Shown here: piece by piece, positions 38,902 through 51,610 of the stretch
Layout of the letters: the number at the start of each line of letters is the position of its first letter
Numbering within the stretch: the stretch's first letter is position 1
Source: Dudresnaya verticillata
Taxonomy: Eukaryota
Reading direction: 5' to 3'
DNA length: 64,000 nucleotides
NCBI GenBank assembly: GCA_977862235.1
Contig: OZ374564.1
Coordinates: forward strand, 496,001-560,000
Position numbers and translations under genes: made by a program
Notes under the pieces: generated by a model
Database searches by the model: none
Told to the model about the DNA's origin: nothing
The model's input: only the letters and a program-made list of their open reading frames with translations

Positions 38902-40803
38902 ATGTCGGAAAGTGGCTCCCAACGCGAGCTTCGTGCTCCCCCGGGTGTGCCGCCTCCTGTAGCGGCTTGGGTACGCCGTGTCAAGATTGACACCCTCGTA
39001 GCGGCTCGTAACGCCGCAAGCGACCTGCTCGAGACGCGACTAGCTGCACAAGCTGAAGTCGTCTCGAGCCAGAGTCGTGACCAGCTTGATGGTCTTTCCA
39101 AGAAGCTGGAGGCCCAGTTCAGGGCCGAACTTGAGAGCTCAGTACTCTCTTACCTTGGACCAGTCAAGGAGGACAACCGTCGACTCCTTGATGAGGTCAA
39201 GAACCTCAAGACGAGGATTGCTCCAATGGAAGCAGCTTCGCAGGCGAAGCCTGGGGGTGAAAACCCCCCGGCCGCGCCTGTGCCACCTATCGTGGCGCCG
39301 ACTTTGCCGGCAGATGCGCTGTTGTCGCCAGTGACAACTGAAGCGCTACGTCAGGCGGGGATTGACGTCCCGCAGGTGGACACGCTTGCGCGGGACACAC
39401 CACCCGTGGTCGCGGCGACAGTCGCCAAACCACCTGATAAAAGAGACGCAAAGTCTCCACCCCCACCCAGTGCCGACCGCAAGGCCGACGGGGCGGGTGA
39501 TCCGGATGAGGGTCCATCGTCATCTGACGATTCAGATGGCGGGTCCAAACGCCGGAAGGATAGACGCGATAAGCGTCGACGACGGAAGGACCGTCGTAAG
39601 AAGGGTTCACCTTCATCATCTTCGTCGTCGTCCTCCGATGAGAGGAGCGACGACGAAGAGGAGGAGCAATTCCTCGTCCCTGACCCGACCTTGGGTCCTC
39701 GGCAGCATGGTTTGAGTCGGTGGAAGCCGACCGATCATCGCTTCCAAGCGGTTTTCAATTACCGCGTGTACAGGCTGGAGAGACGCAGACAGAAGGTAAC
39801 CAAAACGGTTATCCACGACACTCACAAACGTGTCAAGATCTTGGAGGTTACCATGAAGGTCCACAAGTTCTCGGGTAAGGACCCGATCAAGGTCATCAGC
39901 TTCTTAGCTCGATGCAAGCGGGACTTCGACGTCGCGGACCTCTCGGAGGCAATGGCATTCGTCGCCCTGCCGTACATGTTGCTGAAACAAGCAAAGGAGG
40001 CTTATGAAGCCCAGGCAGGTCACTTCCGCCAAGGATATGGCCTTAGGAACTGGCCCGAAGCAGTTAACTGGTTGCTCAGGACGTATGCAACGAATGCGGC
40101 GATCCAGGAAGCAGTGTGCGAACTGCGGGAGGTCAAGCAGCTCCCTGGTGAGGCGGAGCAGGTGTACGCCACCAGACTGGACAAAGCAGTCACGAATTGT
40201 GGTGATGTTCACTCACCTTACGAGGTCTCCACGATGTATATCGAGGGATTCGTACCGCAAGTCAGGCCGTTGGTTCTCCAGGCCAGGGAGGATAACCCCC
40301 TGTTGAGCTATCATCAGCTCATTGCCCAGGCCCGTTCGCGATGCGAGGCACTTCGAGCCGCCCAAGGCTCCAAACCCATGAAGGGTGTTGCGTTCAAGCA
40401 ACAAATGGCAAGGAAAGTCCTTGCCATTGAGTCGGATAAAGACCCGACGAGCCACTACGGCAGTACTCTGCAAACGCAGACACGTGCCGGCACGGTTGAC
40501 TCCCGTGAGGAGGGATGTTTCCTCTTCGGTGGGTATAGTGAGGCCGATTCATCGGCCAAGCCCCCCACTGATATTCCCTCCGACCGGGAAGACGACCCGC
40601 TCTTCTACCAAGAGCACAGGAGGCAGGGTAGGTACCCACCTCCGCAGCGACGCGAGCTGCATCGGCCGCCGGGGAGACCCGGCAGGCCAGGCGATAGGGC
40701 TGTGTTTGGTGACTATCGCCTGCGTGGACCCCATGTGCAGATCATCTGCCATGGTTGCTACGTGGCGGGCGATCACATCAGCCCAGATTGCAAGTTGCCT
40801 TTG
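38902..40803 (+). pseudogene. gag: Gag polyprotein, cut by the insertion; resumes at 61871
   Basis: HKFSGKDPIKVISFL, WPEAVNWLLRTY, VKQLPGEAEQVYATRL, CHGCYVAGDHISPDC; the frame rejoins as CKLPL|ADIAQVV across the insertion. Confidence 0.85.
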
Positions 40804-41350
40804 AACACGCATTTGAGCGATTTCAGAATACGACTCTCGAAACAGACTGCAGTCGAATAGCTATTTTCTGATATCGTTGGAAAGGGGAGCGTCCCCTGAG
40901 TACGGTGGTGAAATTCGATTGGCTAACGGACCATTCCTTCCAAAGTTATGGCGGTTTGCGTGAATTTACCCAAAATATTTCCAGGTATTCTGAATTTCAA
41001 TTTCCTTGCGTCGATTTGGCCCGCGCGGCCCACTCCGCGGTCCGCACTGGGCCAAATTGGAAATTGCCGGCCCGCAGCATGCCCCTCGCCGCGCGCGCTG
41101 CATGCGCGCCGCATCGCCCATCTGGCCCGCCCCACGCGTGCTCGGCGCCGCCTGCAGACTACCCCGTCACCAGTTTTCGGCTTTCTGATGCAACGGGTGC
41201 ACTGTGCTGTGCGCGTCTGTGCACAAATCCGCACGCGACCGCATACAGACTGCCTCGTCACCCGCCGCCCCGCCCCGCCCCGCGACGCACAACTCCTTGG
41301 GCAAAACCTGCTGTCGCGGTTGCCCACCCTCGTGCACACCGTGGATCCCG
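40804..41350 (+). repeat. Left TIR (547 bp)
   Basis: Reverse complement of 61324-61870; about ten substitutions seen by eye; starts AACACGCATTTGAGCG. Confidence 0.95.
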
Positions 41351-41352
41351 AT

Positions 41353-41448
41353 TCTCAACTAACCCCTTTACTGTTCTTGCTACCTACACATCTGACCCAG
41401 CTGGGTCAGATGTGTAAGTAGCAAGAACAGTAAAGGGGTTGGTTGAGA
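41353..41448. repeat. 96-nt loopless palindrome
   Basis: Centre CCCAG|CTGGG at 41400/41401; two mismatched pairs. Confidence 0.95.
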
Positions 41449-42101
41449 CCCTAGGGTCCTCCACCGTCCACTCCTCCGGCACTTCCCACCCTAAAATAGC
41501 CATCACCGCTACAGCCCCTCGCATCACCCCCTCTCCAACCAGGCCAGCCCTCGCAATCATGTCGCGAGCCCACCCCATCATCTGGATCCGGAGCCAGACA
41601 GTTGTGTCCAGCTCCTCCGCAGCCAGCGCGCGAGCCTCGTCCAGCTCAGCGCGCAAGGCGCGGACCTCTTCAACCAGCGCCAGCGGGGCTGGGTAGGTCG
41701 GTAGTATTCTGGGTGTGTATCGCCGACCTCCGGCCTCGGTCAGCTTCCTTTTGTTCAGACGCATGTCACTCCATGTTGGTAGCGGCCCAGAAAATGATCC
41801 CGATAGATATGTAACTCTCCGGTTTTGTGTTATGAAGTTACGCAATTACCTGCAGGGCTGATATAGTTGATGTAGTGCACGTCAAAGCAACAGTAACCAC
41901 CTAATTCAGGACTGCAAGTCCTACAAGACAGCCTCGCACATTGACTGAGGTCGACATCCACTCGTTCGCGCGTTAGCTTCGACAATGCAGCAGTAATAGG
42001 CGACGCATGACTCTCGCATGACGCTGCTTCGAACGATCGCTGTAACCACTTTCAATCATCAACTGAATCCTTCCTGAACAAGCCGACGATTTGCGGGAAG
42101 C

Positions 42102-42900
42102 ATGACGGGGTTTGTGCATGCGTTGACAGGGTCGGACCCAGAGCAAGTTCGGCTAATGTCAGAGGTGGTCGTCCTCGCTGGTCTACAGGACAGAGTTGTT
42201 GGTAGCGTGTCGAAGAAGGAGTCCCACCTGCAGGTGCACACACACCATGGTTTCAAACAACCTGCCGCTGCATCGTGCGTTCTCGGTGTTTTTGTTCGAT
42301 ACCAAGGGGCGCATGCTTCTCCAATAACGTTATTGCACTTAACGTTATTGCACGTAGATACCAAGGGGCGCATGCTTCTCCAATAACGTTATTGCACTTA
42401 ACGTTATTGCACGTACGTGCAGCGAAGAAAATCACCTTCCTGTCGTTCTGGACGAAAACTGTATGCGCTCATCCGCTCCACACGCCTGCTGAGCTTGTTC
42501 GGCAGGACAGTGGAGATGCGCTTGCAGGGGTCATGCGTGCTGCCATTCGGAAGCTGTCTCATGAGCTAGCTCGGTGTCAAAGAGGGAGAGGTCGGTATGG
42601 ACGACCTGCACTACATGACTCGCATTCATTACCGTGCTGAAAATGACGGAGGGGTGTGGGGTGAGCATGAGATTGATTACCTGTTCATGGGCGTGAAGGG
42701 CGTAGCGCTGTAGCGATATTGCTCCTGAACAAAACGACCTACGAGCAGTACGCTATGTCACTCGAGAAGAATTGAAGGGGCTTTTCAAGGAGGCGCAGAT
42801 TTCCTCGACTCTTCGTCTTACGCCTTGGTTCTACCACATTTTTGAGGGTTTTTCCTGGCCTTGGTGGGACAAGATGCTGAAGGGGGTATAAATGAACTCG
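42102..42900 (+). pseudogene. IDI: Isopentenyl-diphosphate delta-isomerase (type 1) fragment, frameshifted
   Basis: Across frames: DPEQVRLMSE, SKKESHL, LHRAFSVFLFD, KKITF..FWT..CAHPL, AAIRKLSHEL, MTRIHYRA, WGEHEIDY, LTPWF...WWD. Confidence 0.9.
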
Positions 42901-43068
42901 ATACCTTGCAAGCTTCAAGAGCTGTACATCGAATGGGTACATGCGGTAAGCACTACTCAGAATAGCAAACTTCTCGCGGTCAATGCAACGTAATCACAGC
43001 CGCTATAGCAAAAAATGAGGTGGTGCACATATGTTCAGAAAGTCTTGCCCGCACATCAACTACCGAAT

Positions 43069-44199
43069 TTACAACCTTTCGTTCCTGCCAAAACCCGCTA
43101 TAGTGGATGCTGGTCGGGTGTCCCTCAGCTGTGCAAGTAGATCTCCGATATTAGTCTTCCAAATGTTGATGCGCTCAGGCAGCGGCTTCCACTCTTCTCG
43201 CGTAAACATACGCTGCGTTGATTGATAAATCGCGACCGACGAATTCAGCTGCTTAATCATCGCATCCACCAGACCTGAGCTGATCGCGCGGTTAAGCGCG
43301 GTTAACCCAATCCTCGACCTCGCCCTCGGACATTTGCAGAGCAGTCGCAATCATACTTATGCGAGATCCTGACAGTCTATTCCAAGTGAAGCAAATGTGA
43401 GCAGGCCCATCTTTTTTCCGCAATCACCACGTCAATCTTGTAGTTTGCAAGAAGAGCATCATTCTTGCTTCTGAACTCCGTGAAAACAGCAAGATCGTCG
43501 CGGACAAATATGATAATGAGCTCGAACAATAGCTTTGGTCGCCGGCCTGCGCTCCGAATCGCTTAACTAAATCTAGTTCAAGCAAGGTGTCAAATCGATA
43601 CAACTTCGGGAGTAGAACAGCCTGGACAATTACATCTACAGCAGCATTTTCAACTGACCCATACTCTTCATCCGTATCACTACAATACAAACCAAGCTGC
43701 TTAATGTTGAAAGAAAATGCGTCCTTAGCCATGTCTGCCAACTTGAGAGCCTCAGAGCACACCCGATACAGTTTGCGCTTCTCTGGGAAACCAACCTGCA
43801 ACTGGCGTGAGAAAGTATCGATTTTCGGCAGAATGGTGTCGACAGTCTTCGACATTAGCCCAACACTGACTGCCAAGTAAATTGTAGCCGCAAGGAACGA
43901 GCACCGCTTTTGCACGTGCTCTTCGTTGACAGAGTAACTCTGTTGCGAATCAAAGCCATGCAACGCAGTCTGAAATTACCACTGGAGACGCCTGAGCACA
44001 GCCGTTTGCAAATTTTGTCCACAAGATCATTGTCCATACAGCCCTCCTTCTTAACCCAGAGCAGAAGCTCCTGCATACAGCCTTCAAGCGACCCTAGGCC
44101 GTCGGCATCAACCGGCAGATCCGTTGCGACGATGAACGCGTCTGCAAGGGCGTTGGTTGCACCTGGGGAGTCGCTGTTTGCCACGGCGGATTCAAGATT
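43069..44199 (-). pseudogene. EIF3M: eIF3 subunit M (PCI domain) fragment, frameshifted
   Basis: AVLLPKLYRFDTLLELDLVK, KKMGLLTFASL, AISSGLVDAMIKQ...TQRMFTREEW...INIWKTN. Confidence 0.75.
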
Positions 44200-44292
44200 C
44201 TGCGTTAGTCAATCATTGGTGAAGGTGGTGGCGGTGAAGGAGTTCCGGAACGACCACCGTTCCCCCCGAGCAAGTTTGTCTATGCGTACAGT

Positions 44293-46505
44293 TTGAACAT
44301 AACTTTCGCCCTGCCCCCTGCGAGATATCAAAATTTCTCTCACGGAATGACATTGCTCACGGGTATGTTCTTCTTAACGCTCACTATCCTCTATGGAATA
44401 CGGCTGTTGAGACAAGGGCGCAGAAATATTACGCATGAGCAGGTTTGGGTCTTCTTCCTCGATCTCATGGCATTCCTCTCCTTCAACCCTCTTCATGCCA
44501 TCAACCGTCTCATAGAAACAAATGGTGGCGAAAGCACATTGGATTACAGTACCTTCCCGGATTGGTATAACAATTGGGATGTGGCCAATGATGTGCTGCG
44601 TGATGTGGCCTTTGCGGGATTCTCTTACTTCTACCTTTGGCCAAGCCTGCACTCTTACCGCATTCTGGAGGCCACTAAGCGATTGGGATGGGGCTTCTAT
44701 ATCCCAAAGTTGCTCGTGCTTATCCCGTACGTTGTCTCCAAGTTTGTGATTGTGTACGTGTTGGACATGACCCTGTCTGAAGTGTCTATGCTCTCAGCTG
44801 CTTCTTTCTCGTTCTACTTCAGCGCGTATCAGGTGTGGAGCCATTTGAAGGTAGAGCTCCTCCTCTGTATCCCGTTTTCAGTCATTGAATTGCTGTTCAT
44901 CGCAATTATTGGGTATGAGGCATGGAAGACAACCAATGTGTTGGAGAAGGCACCATACATGAAGCATCGGTGCAAACGGATTGGATACAGGTTTTTCCTG
45001 TATACCAAATTTGTTTTCTACCCTTTGTTTATTGGTCTGAACACTAGTCTGCTGTTTAGCAGACCGAAAGGTGAAAGTATCGTTCCTCTGGTTTTTGGCT
45101 TCAACATGGCGAGGGCAGATGTGATATGGATTTATACGCACGGCCCGGGGCTTTTGGTGCCGGGTTAACCCAGCACGTGACTACTTATGTTCATCTGCCC
45201 GATATTTGTACCGGGGGTGTGAACGCGTTTTTCAGAAGCGTAGAACTGGGCGAATCTGGGTCTCGATGGTCATTCAGCAGCTCAGACTCATCATCGAGTC
45301 AGCAAGCTTCGAAGAACGGCCTCAAGTACCCGTTGCCTGAAAAAGACGTCACATGAGCCCATGATGAAGAAACCCCCCGCTCTGTTGTTGACAATGATGA
45401 CGAATTAGAACAAGAAATCGTTGAACCGATTACGTACAGAAAGAGAGAGTCGAAGGACAGTCTTGAGCTGAAAGCAAACTGCTTTACGATGTAGACGCAC
45501 GTCATTATGTTCAACTTTGCATGGTATGTCTATTATTATGGGACTGCAAAGTTGGACGGCTTCATTCCTAGAGAAAAACCATTGCCATTTGAGTATGAGA
45601 TCATTGCTGCTGTGAGCATCGAGGCAACATATACTCAAGCACTTGTTGGTGATTGCAGTGACAGGATCATTGTGACGTTCAAGGGAACAACGTCAATGCG
45701 AAACTTGAAGACGTCATTACGGATGAGCCATGAATATATTCGTAATGTGGTGAAATCAAGTGTCTATGGTGAAGATGAGACGACTCGATTGAAGCGATTA
45801 TTCGGCAGAAGATATCTACACGGTAATATTCACAAGGGATTTGCGATTGCCTATAAGAGCGTTGCAGATGAAGTGATGGAAGTGGTGCGGCAATTAAGAG
45901 CAAGAAGATAAAGACCGGTCTTCTTGACCGGACACAGTCTAGGAGGTGCACTCGCAACAATCTGCAGCCTGGATCTATGTGTGAAGTTGGATGTGAGCCG
46001 ACGTGAAATTTTCGTGTCCACGTTTGGATCACCTCGAGTCGGGAATCACGACTTTGCAGGAGTGTACAAAGAAGTGGTGCCTCTGCACTGGCGCATAGTT
46101 GTGGATGCAGACATGGTTGCCAAGTTACCAAACGTGGGGTACACTCACCTCGGGAAGAAGGTGGTGCTGACTCCGCACGGAGAGATGATTATCGACCCCA
46201 ACGCATTGGAACAGCGGCCATGGACAGGTGAGACGGCCGGTTTTGCATATCACCGCAAGGCGAGCTACATGCTTGCAATGCGGGCATGGAGCGTAAGGAA
46301 TCACGGGATGACATACACACCCGTATTCTGGCCGTTCCCGGTGCGACCCGAGGACAAGCGGCGGTTCGCTGGGGCGTTCCCAGAGGAGGAAGATGCGGCT
46401 GGGCGCAGGGTGGCTTCTAAGATCATTCGCATGGACGCGATGGGGGATGCACCTAGCGCAGGGGACACGGAACTGGCGAATATGAATACAGCAGCACAGA
46501 AATGA
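44293..46505 (+). pseudogene. Multi-pass membrane region (TMEM181-like) fused to a class-3 lipase, with several stops
   Basis: Hydrophobic helices with EQVWV...FNP; then IIVTFKGT, IHKGF, TGHSLGGALAT, TFGSPRVGN, DMVAKLP; broken into at least three ORFs. Confidence 0.85.
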
Positions 46506-47621
46506 AACAGAAACAGCCTCTAGTCCCGCGCTTGAAATAAACGTTAGGCAAGCTGTAGTAGAGGAGTCCTAAATGCATCCCCAGATCACGCAGTCAGCTT
46601 TGCTCGCGATGCGAAGACTTCGAGCCTGTCATGTACAGCATTCTCGTTATGTATTGTGTAGCACTGCAGTGAACGTGAGTGATGCAAGCGCTCGAGGTCT
46701 CCTGGTCTACAAGTCAGAACTCAGGTGCCCCAGGGTATTGTTGGACAATAATAGAGCTCTCCCATTCGCTGCTGATTCTGAGACTCCCACCCGGAAGTGC
46801 GGGTGGTGCAGGGATCCCGAGTCACTCATCACTGTGATTCCAATTCAAGGGTATGGAACCCGGCACTCAGATGATGCTTTCGCTACAGCTATGTATTACA
46901 ATACACCGGTAATACTAGTACAAGGTCCGAATCGTGGTGAACCGTGCACGGTGCACATGGACAGCGCATAATATCACCAGTCGTTCTGATTCCACTTCAC
47001 AAGCAGAATACTTGCCACAAATCGGTGACCGACTGCCTGCAGCCCACACATGTTCCGAAAGCATACCGGGGGACCAGACAATATTGTAATTAGGGGACGA
47101 AGAAACGCCTCCTTTAAGTGGGTCAGACGACTAACGATAGGTAGACCGTTGCTCACTCACTGGTGATTCCGTTTCGCATATGCACACAAAACAGCATAGG
47201 AGGTTATCTGGCGAGGTTTCAGCACGTGACACCACTCCGGCGCCCACTGCGTTCTCTTCCCGATATTCTTGTTCCACCGCGCTGCGCTGACCGCCGCCAA
47301 AGGCCGCTTTTGACCTCCCACCCTTTCTTTTCTCACGATCGTGCGACGCGTACTCAAAAGCGCTATTGACGGCACTGATCCCAGCGAGACGAGGCCCTTA
47401 CTGCTATCGTGGTACAAAATGCCTCGCACAAGAGAACGTCGCACTGCTTTGCGTCAAAGGCCGGTCACTGCCGACCGACATGCCGTCTCCGTGATGGGAG
47501 GGACCAATTCCTCAGCCAAGACTGTATCGGTAAGGCGACGGCGGAGACGGCCGCGGAAGAACCCATTCGCAAACAGGGGGGCGGAAGCGCGTCCGCAGTA
47601 ACCAGCCCTGGCACGCAAATC

Positions 47622-48158
47622 ATGTCAGCGTCGAAGAAAGTAGTGCTGTTGCTGAACGGAGAGGAGGTGGGTATGGCTGATCCAATGACTCCGGCGTCTC
47701 CGGAAGAGGCAGACAGTACAGGTTCATTCAAAGTTAAGATGCATGGAACGTGGTTAAGAGAGGTGCAGCGGAAGAAGGAGACATGGATAGTCATCTATAA
47801 TGTCCGTATTCGGAATGGACATGGGGACAAGAGGTACATGTATAAGTATCCCGGTATAGAGTCTCCCCCCACCACTCTAGCTGGTCTAAATGTGGGTATT
47901 CATGTATGGGACAGGGAGCAAGTCCGCACTGTGAAGCCGCAACCTACAAGCGGTGCTGGAGAAGCCGGCGTGGCGACCGGGGAAGCTTGCCCTCGGATAG
48001 AAATGGAGCAACCGAATGGGAGGCACACTGTTCGTGCCCGGACGTCAACTAGGCGGTCAGGCCGTAGGGAGGGTCGGGGACTTGCTCATAAGCGGACAGT
48101 GACGAAAAAAATCACATGTACCGGTCAGTCTGATACCAGCGCTCAGCCACACCAGTAA
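47622..48158 (+). CDS. Element-encoded ORF in front of the transposase (possibly its first exon); shares a domain with the methyltransferase C-terminus
   Basis: VVLLLNGEEVGMA...MHGTWLRE...YMYKYPGIESPPTTLAGLN...VWD. Confidence 0.55.
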   Translation: MSASKKVVLLLNGEEVGMADPMTPASPEEADSTGSFKVKMHGTWLREVQRKKETWIVIYNVRIRNGHGDKRYMYKYPGIESPPTTLAGLNVGIHVWDREQVRTVKPQPTSGAGEAGVATGEACPRIEMEQPNGRHTVRARTSTRRSGRREGRGLAHKRTVTKKITCTGQSDTSAQPHQ

Positions 48159-48220
48159 GGTAATGACCGCACTACTACACAGCCAGCAACACACGTGTTC
48201 CGTCTACACCCCCGGCTGCA

Positions 48221-50900
48221 ATGGCAGGTGAGCCTTCTACACCCCCTGCTGCTGCAGTTGCTCAGACCGCGTTGGTTTATACCCCGGAGCGTCCCGCCCG
48301 TATGTGCCCGCGGCCGTACCAATTAGAGGGCAAAGAAAACACAGAAGCTGGGTTATCAAAACTGGAAAGTAATGACGCGGCGCCGCGTGGGAGCGCTCCA
48401 AAACCACCCGACGCTGAACGGGAGAAAGTAGAATCCGAGAACGGCGCACAAGAAGACAATGATCCCGTCGACACTACAGCATAAGCATGTGCGGGAGGTC
48501 GTGATCACGCTTCTGAAGAAGAGCATCCTGACGTCGGGACTGCAGACGATGGGGAGGATGCTGATTCCGACACGCTGGAATGCCACCCCTCCGAAGGGGA
48601 GGAGATGGCACTAGAAGGGCGTGGAGGCGGCCGGGCTAGTGCTAGGACGAGCGGGAAGAGGAATTATAGACATGATGCTCGTCCGAAAGGAACACCATCG
48701 GGGCATTTGATGGCTACGAAGTGGAGAAAGGTAGTGGAGGTTATGGAGATGTAGGATATCTCAAACATTTTCTGCTGCCAAACGAAACAATGCTTCGGAA
48801 CCATCGAGTCAGTCTACATCAGGGCTGAGTCACGCAAAATGATGGACAAGAATCCCACGGAAAGGAAGCGATACCTCACGGGACTACTGGAATCCAACTC
48901 CAACATGTACTTCTTCAGCGGGCGGCCGGTTTGTTACTCATCTCTGGACAAGGCTTTCGTTTTCTCTAGAGACCTGCAGTCGGCGGTGAAAGGAACGAAC
49001 AAGAGCCGCGAAAGGAAAGGGAGGGGGCTCATAGTTGGTGGTACTTCTACGGAACAGATGGAGGTGATAACGTCGTTCTTGGAGCGCCTCGCAGAAGTGT
49101 CTGGTGATTCGCAACCAGACAAGGCTGAAATCCACCTCCCCTTCCATGAGAAGCTCGAATTCTATAACACGTTTGTGACTGAGCACCGCACTCTGTACCC
49201 TAACAGAGCAACACCATCACAGAGCTACTTTTATAGTATCTGGCTCCGCAGCTGTCCGCAGATTAAGGTCAGGCGAACTCACCGGTTTGCAAAATGTCCC
49301 GAGTGTGAGGAGATCAAAGCTCTTCTCTCAAAAGCGGCAACGGATCTAGCGGGAACCGAAGAGCTTCGCGAGCGGCGGGCAAGGTACGTGATAATGTTCA
49401 TGCCGGAGCGAACAGAATATCGCAAGAAGTGTGAGATGGCTTCGATGTATCCGAGGAACTATTGCTCACTCATCATCGACGGTGCTGACCAGTCCGCATT
49501 TGGACTGCCACACTTCCACATCAAGGTGAAGGACACACGCGGACACGGAATGAAGGCCAAAGTAATCGGCGTTTTAGAGCATGGCCAAGTCCCACATCTA
49601 AACCTTTTCACGATGACTGCCGAGTTCGAAACAGGCGGAAACCATGTCATCGAAGCTTTGCATCGCGTATTGATGGCACGCAGAGACAGGATGCCACTGA
49701 AGGGTACTTTGTTCCCCCAGGTCCACAACTGTACTAGGGAAAATAAGAACAGGTTTATGTTCGGCTACTTGGAGTATCTCGTTGCTATGGGTGTATTTCC
49801 GGAAGTGCATGCGTCGTTTCTCCCCATCGGTCACACGCATGCCGATATCGATCAAGTTTTCAGCTGCATTTCGAAGAGATTACACGTTCGAGACGCCATT
49901 ATCATGGACGACCTCATGCACGAACTACGGCTATCATACACTCCTCAACCGCGTGTCACGGAGATGTTGCACATTATAAATTTCGAGATGTTGCACATTA
50001 TAAATTTCTCCGGGTTGTGCAAAGAGACCAGATGCCTCGGGTGTACAGAGCCCATTTAAGAATATCGGTACTTTCGGTTCAGTGCGGAAGGAGTCAAGGA
50101 CACAGACACCGGTACGTTCAAGACTCTCTGCGAAGTGAAGAGGGGCTGCAAAGACTCTTGGAAACCGTTACATACGCGAGATGGCCAGGGGGGATTTTTG
50201 TTATTTCCCCCCAACCTGCACCGGACTCCACCGACTCCCTGTCGAGCACCGCCAGATGAACACGAAGTAACGAAGCGTCTACGATCCGCCGAGACCAGAA
50301 TCAACAATCACAGTAAGCTACAGAAGCTGTTGGCACTTCGTGATAGAGTTTACGAGGACCGTGAAGACCCATTCCACTGGGCATTGGCGGATGTGTTTGA
50401 GTTGGAAGGGGCTTACAAACCGGATGGGAGCGGCCCTAGCGCACTCTCGGAATCGGGGTCAGACGCTGAGAATGTAATGGAACAGGACATCACTTACACA
50501 AAGAACAGCTTTGTAGCCGTACTATGCGACGACTGTACCGAAGGATGCCCGTTCTGGCTTGGGCAGGTGATGAATTGGGAGACGGCCGGGGGGGCAAGGT
50601 TACCAATTTGCAAGTAGAGTGGTACGAGAGAAGGAGTACTCGAGGGAATACTTTCACCGGGCGTTATCGGAAGGCGAGAATAACCGATGGAAAAATGGAC
50701 ATGTCAAACCGTGGAGCGATACGGTCCCGAGGAAGTCGGTTTTAGTGGATTTCGCGCGTTTAACCAACTCTGGAATACCCGTCAAAGTGCAGCGAAAGAT
50801 CAGGGAAGCCCTAGAGATGCGAAAGAGAGGACAAAATCCGGAAATTAGTACTTCTGTAGAGGCGGGGGGACCAGGAGAAAATGGCATGCAAAGCAAATAG
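48221..50900 (+). pseudogene. DDD/E-type transposase, Sola-like/DUF7869-type, decayed
   Basis: One frame from 48221 to about 50590 with stops at 48482, 48752 and 50057; CCQTKQC, FAKCPEC, IIDGADQ, QVHNCTRENKN, FLPIGHTHADIDQVFS; frameshifted tail FVAV...PFWLGQV...WYE...PWSDTV. Confidence 0.8.
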
Positions 50901-51610
50901 CTTGGGGTGAGAGGGAGGCGAAGCAGGAATAAAGTGGTGTCGCTAGTGGCAAAATGGGGTCAAGATGCTGGGCGAGAATTGGGAAAGGGTTAGAGTATTT
51001 TTGTACAATCACAGTCGTGTTATAAACAACTTTAATGCCTGCAGCATGCCAAAGAAGTGAGCATAACAGACCCACTGGTCTCTCTTCTGCACTGATACAG
51101 CATGCAGTTTCGGCTTTGTATCAACCACACGGGTCGTGATTAACGCGTCCGACCTGCCAAATCGTACCATGCACACTTTGGGTGCGATCACGCCGCGGCA
51201 CCCGCGGGTGTACCCAAGTGAACGGATCGCTCTACCCAATACCTCCATAACTGGCGGCATGGAGGTTCCCACGGGCTTTGAGAACGGCTCTCCCGCCATG
51301 ATTTTTGTTAGTCTGCAGACGCAGAATCCGGCACCAATGTTCGCAGGAAATGGGGCGGGCCACATGAATTGTGAGCGAGTCCGCGTGATAGTTCAGATGC
51401 TTTCTGATCTCGGGCCCGGTGCTGTACTTTTGTCGGGGGATGAACAAAGGCTTGCAGTCGAAGCAGCCATGGACATGACCGAAACTGTTTTATATGCCAA
51501 TGGGAAGAACTCGCAGGGGCTCGCGAGCCCGACATCCCGAGCTCCGCTTCTCGCTGCGCAAGAAATTCATCTAGCTCAATCAGATCGTTAAGGTAATGTT
51601 CGCGGACCAG

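Noticed and set aside
40893..40902. CCCCTGAGTA in the giant TIR matches the MITE terminus
   Set aside because: Only about 10 bp with no flanking similarity; may be chance.
40905..41421. ORF pairs duplicated at 61034-61769
   Set aside because: They reflect the TIR duplication; no coding signature.
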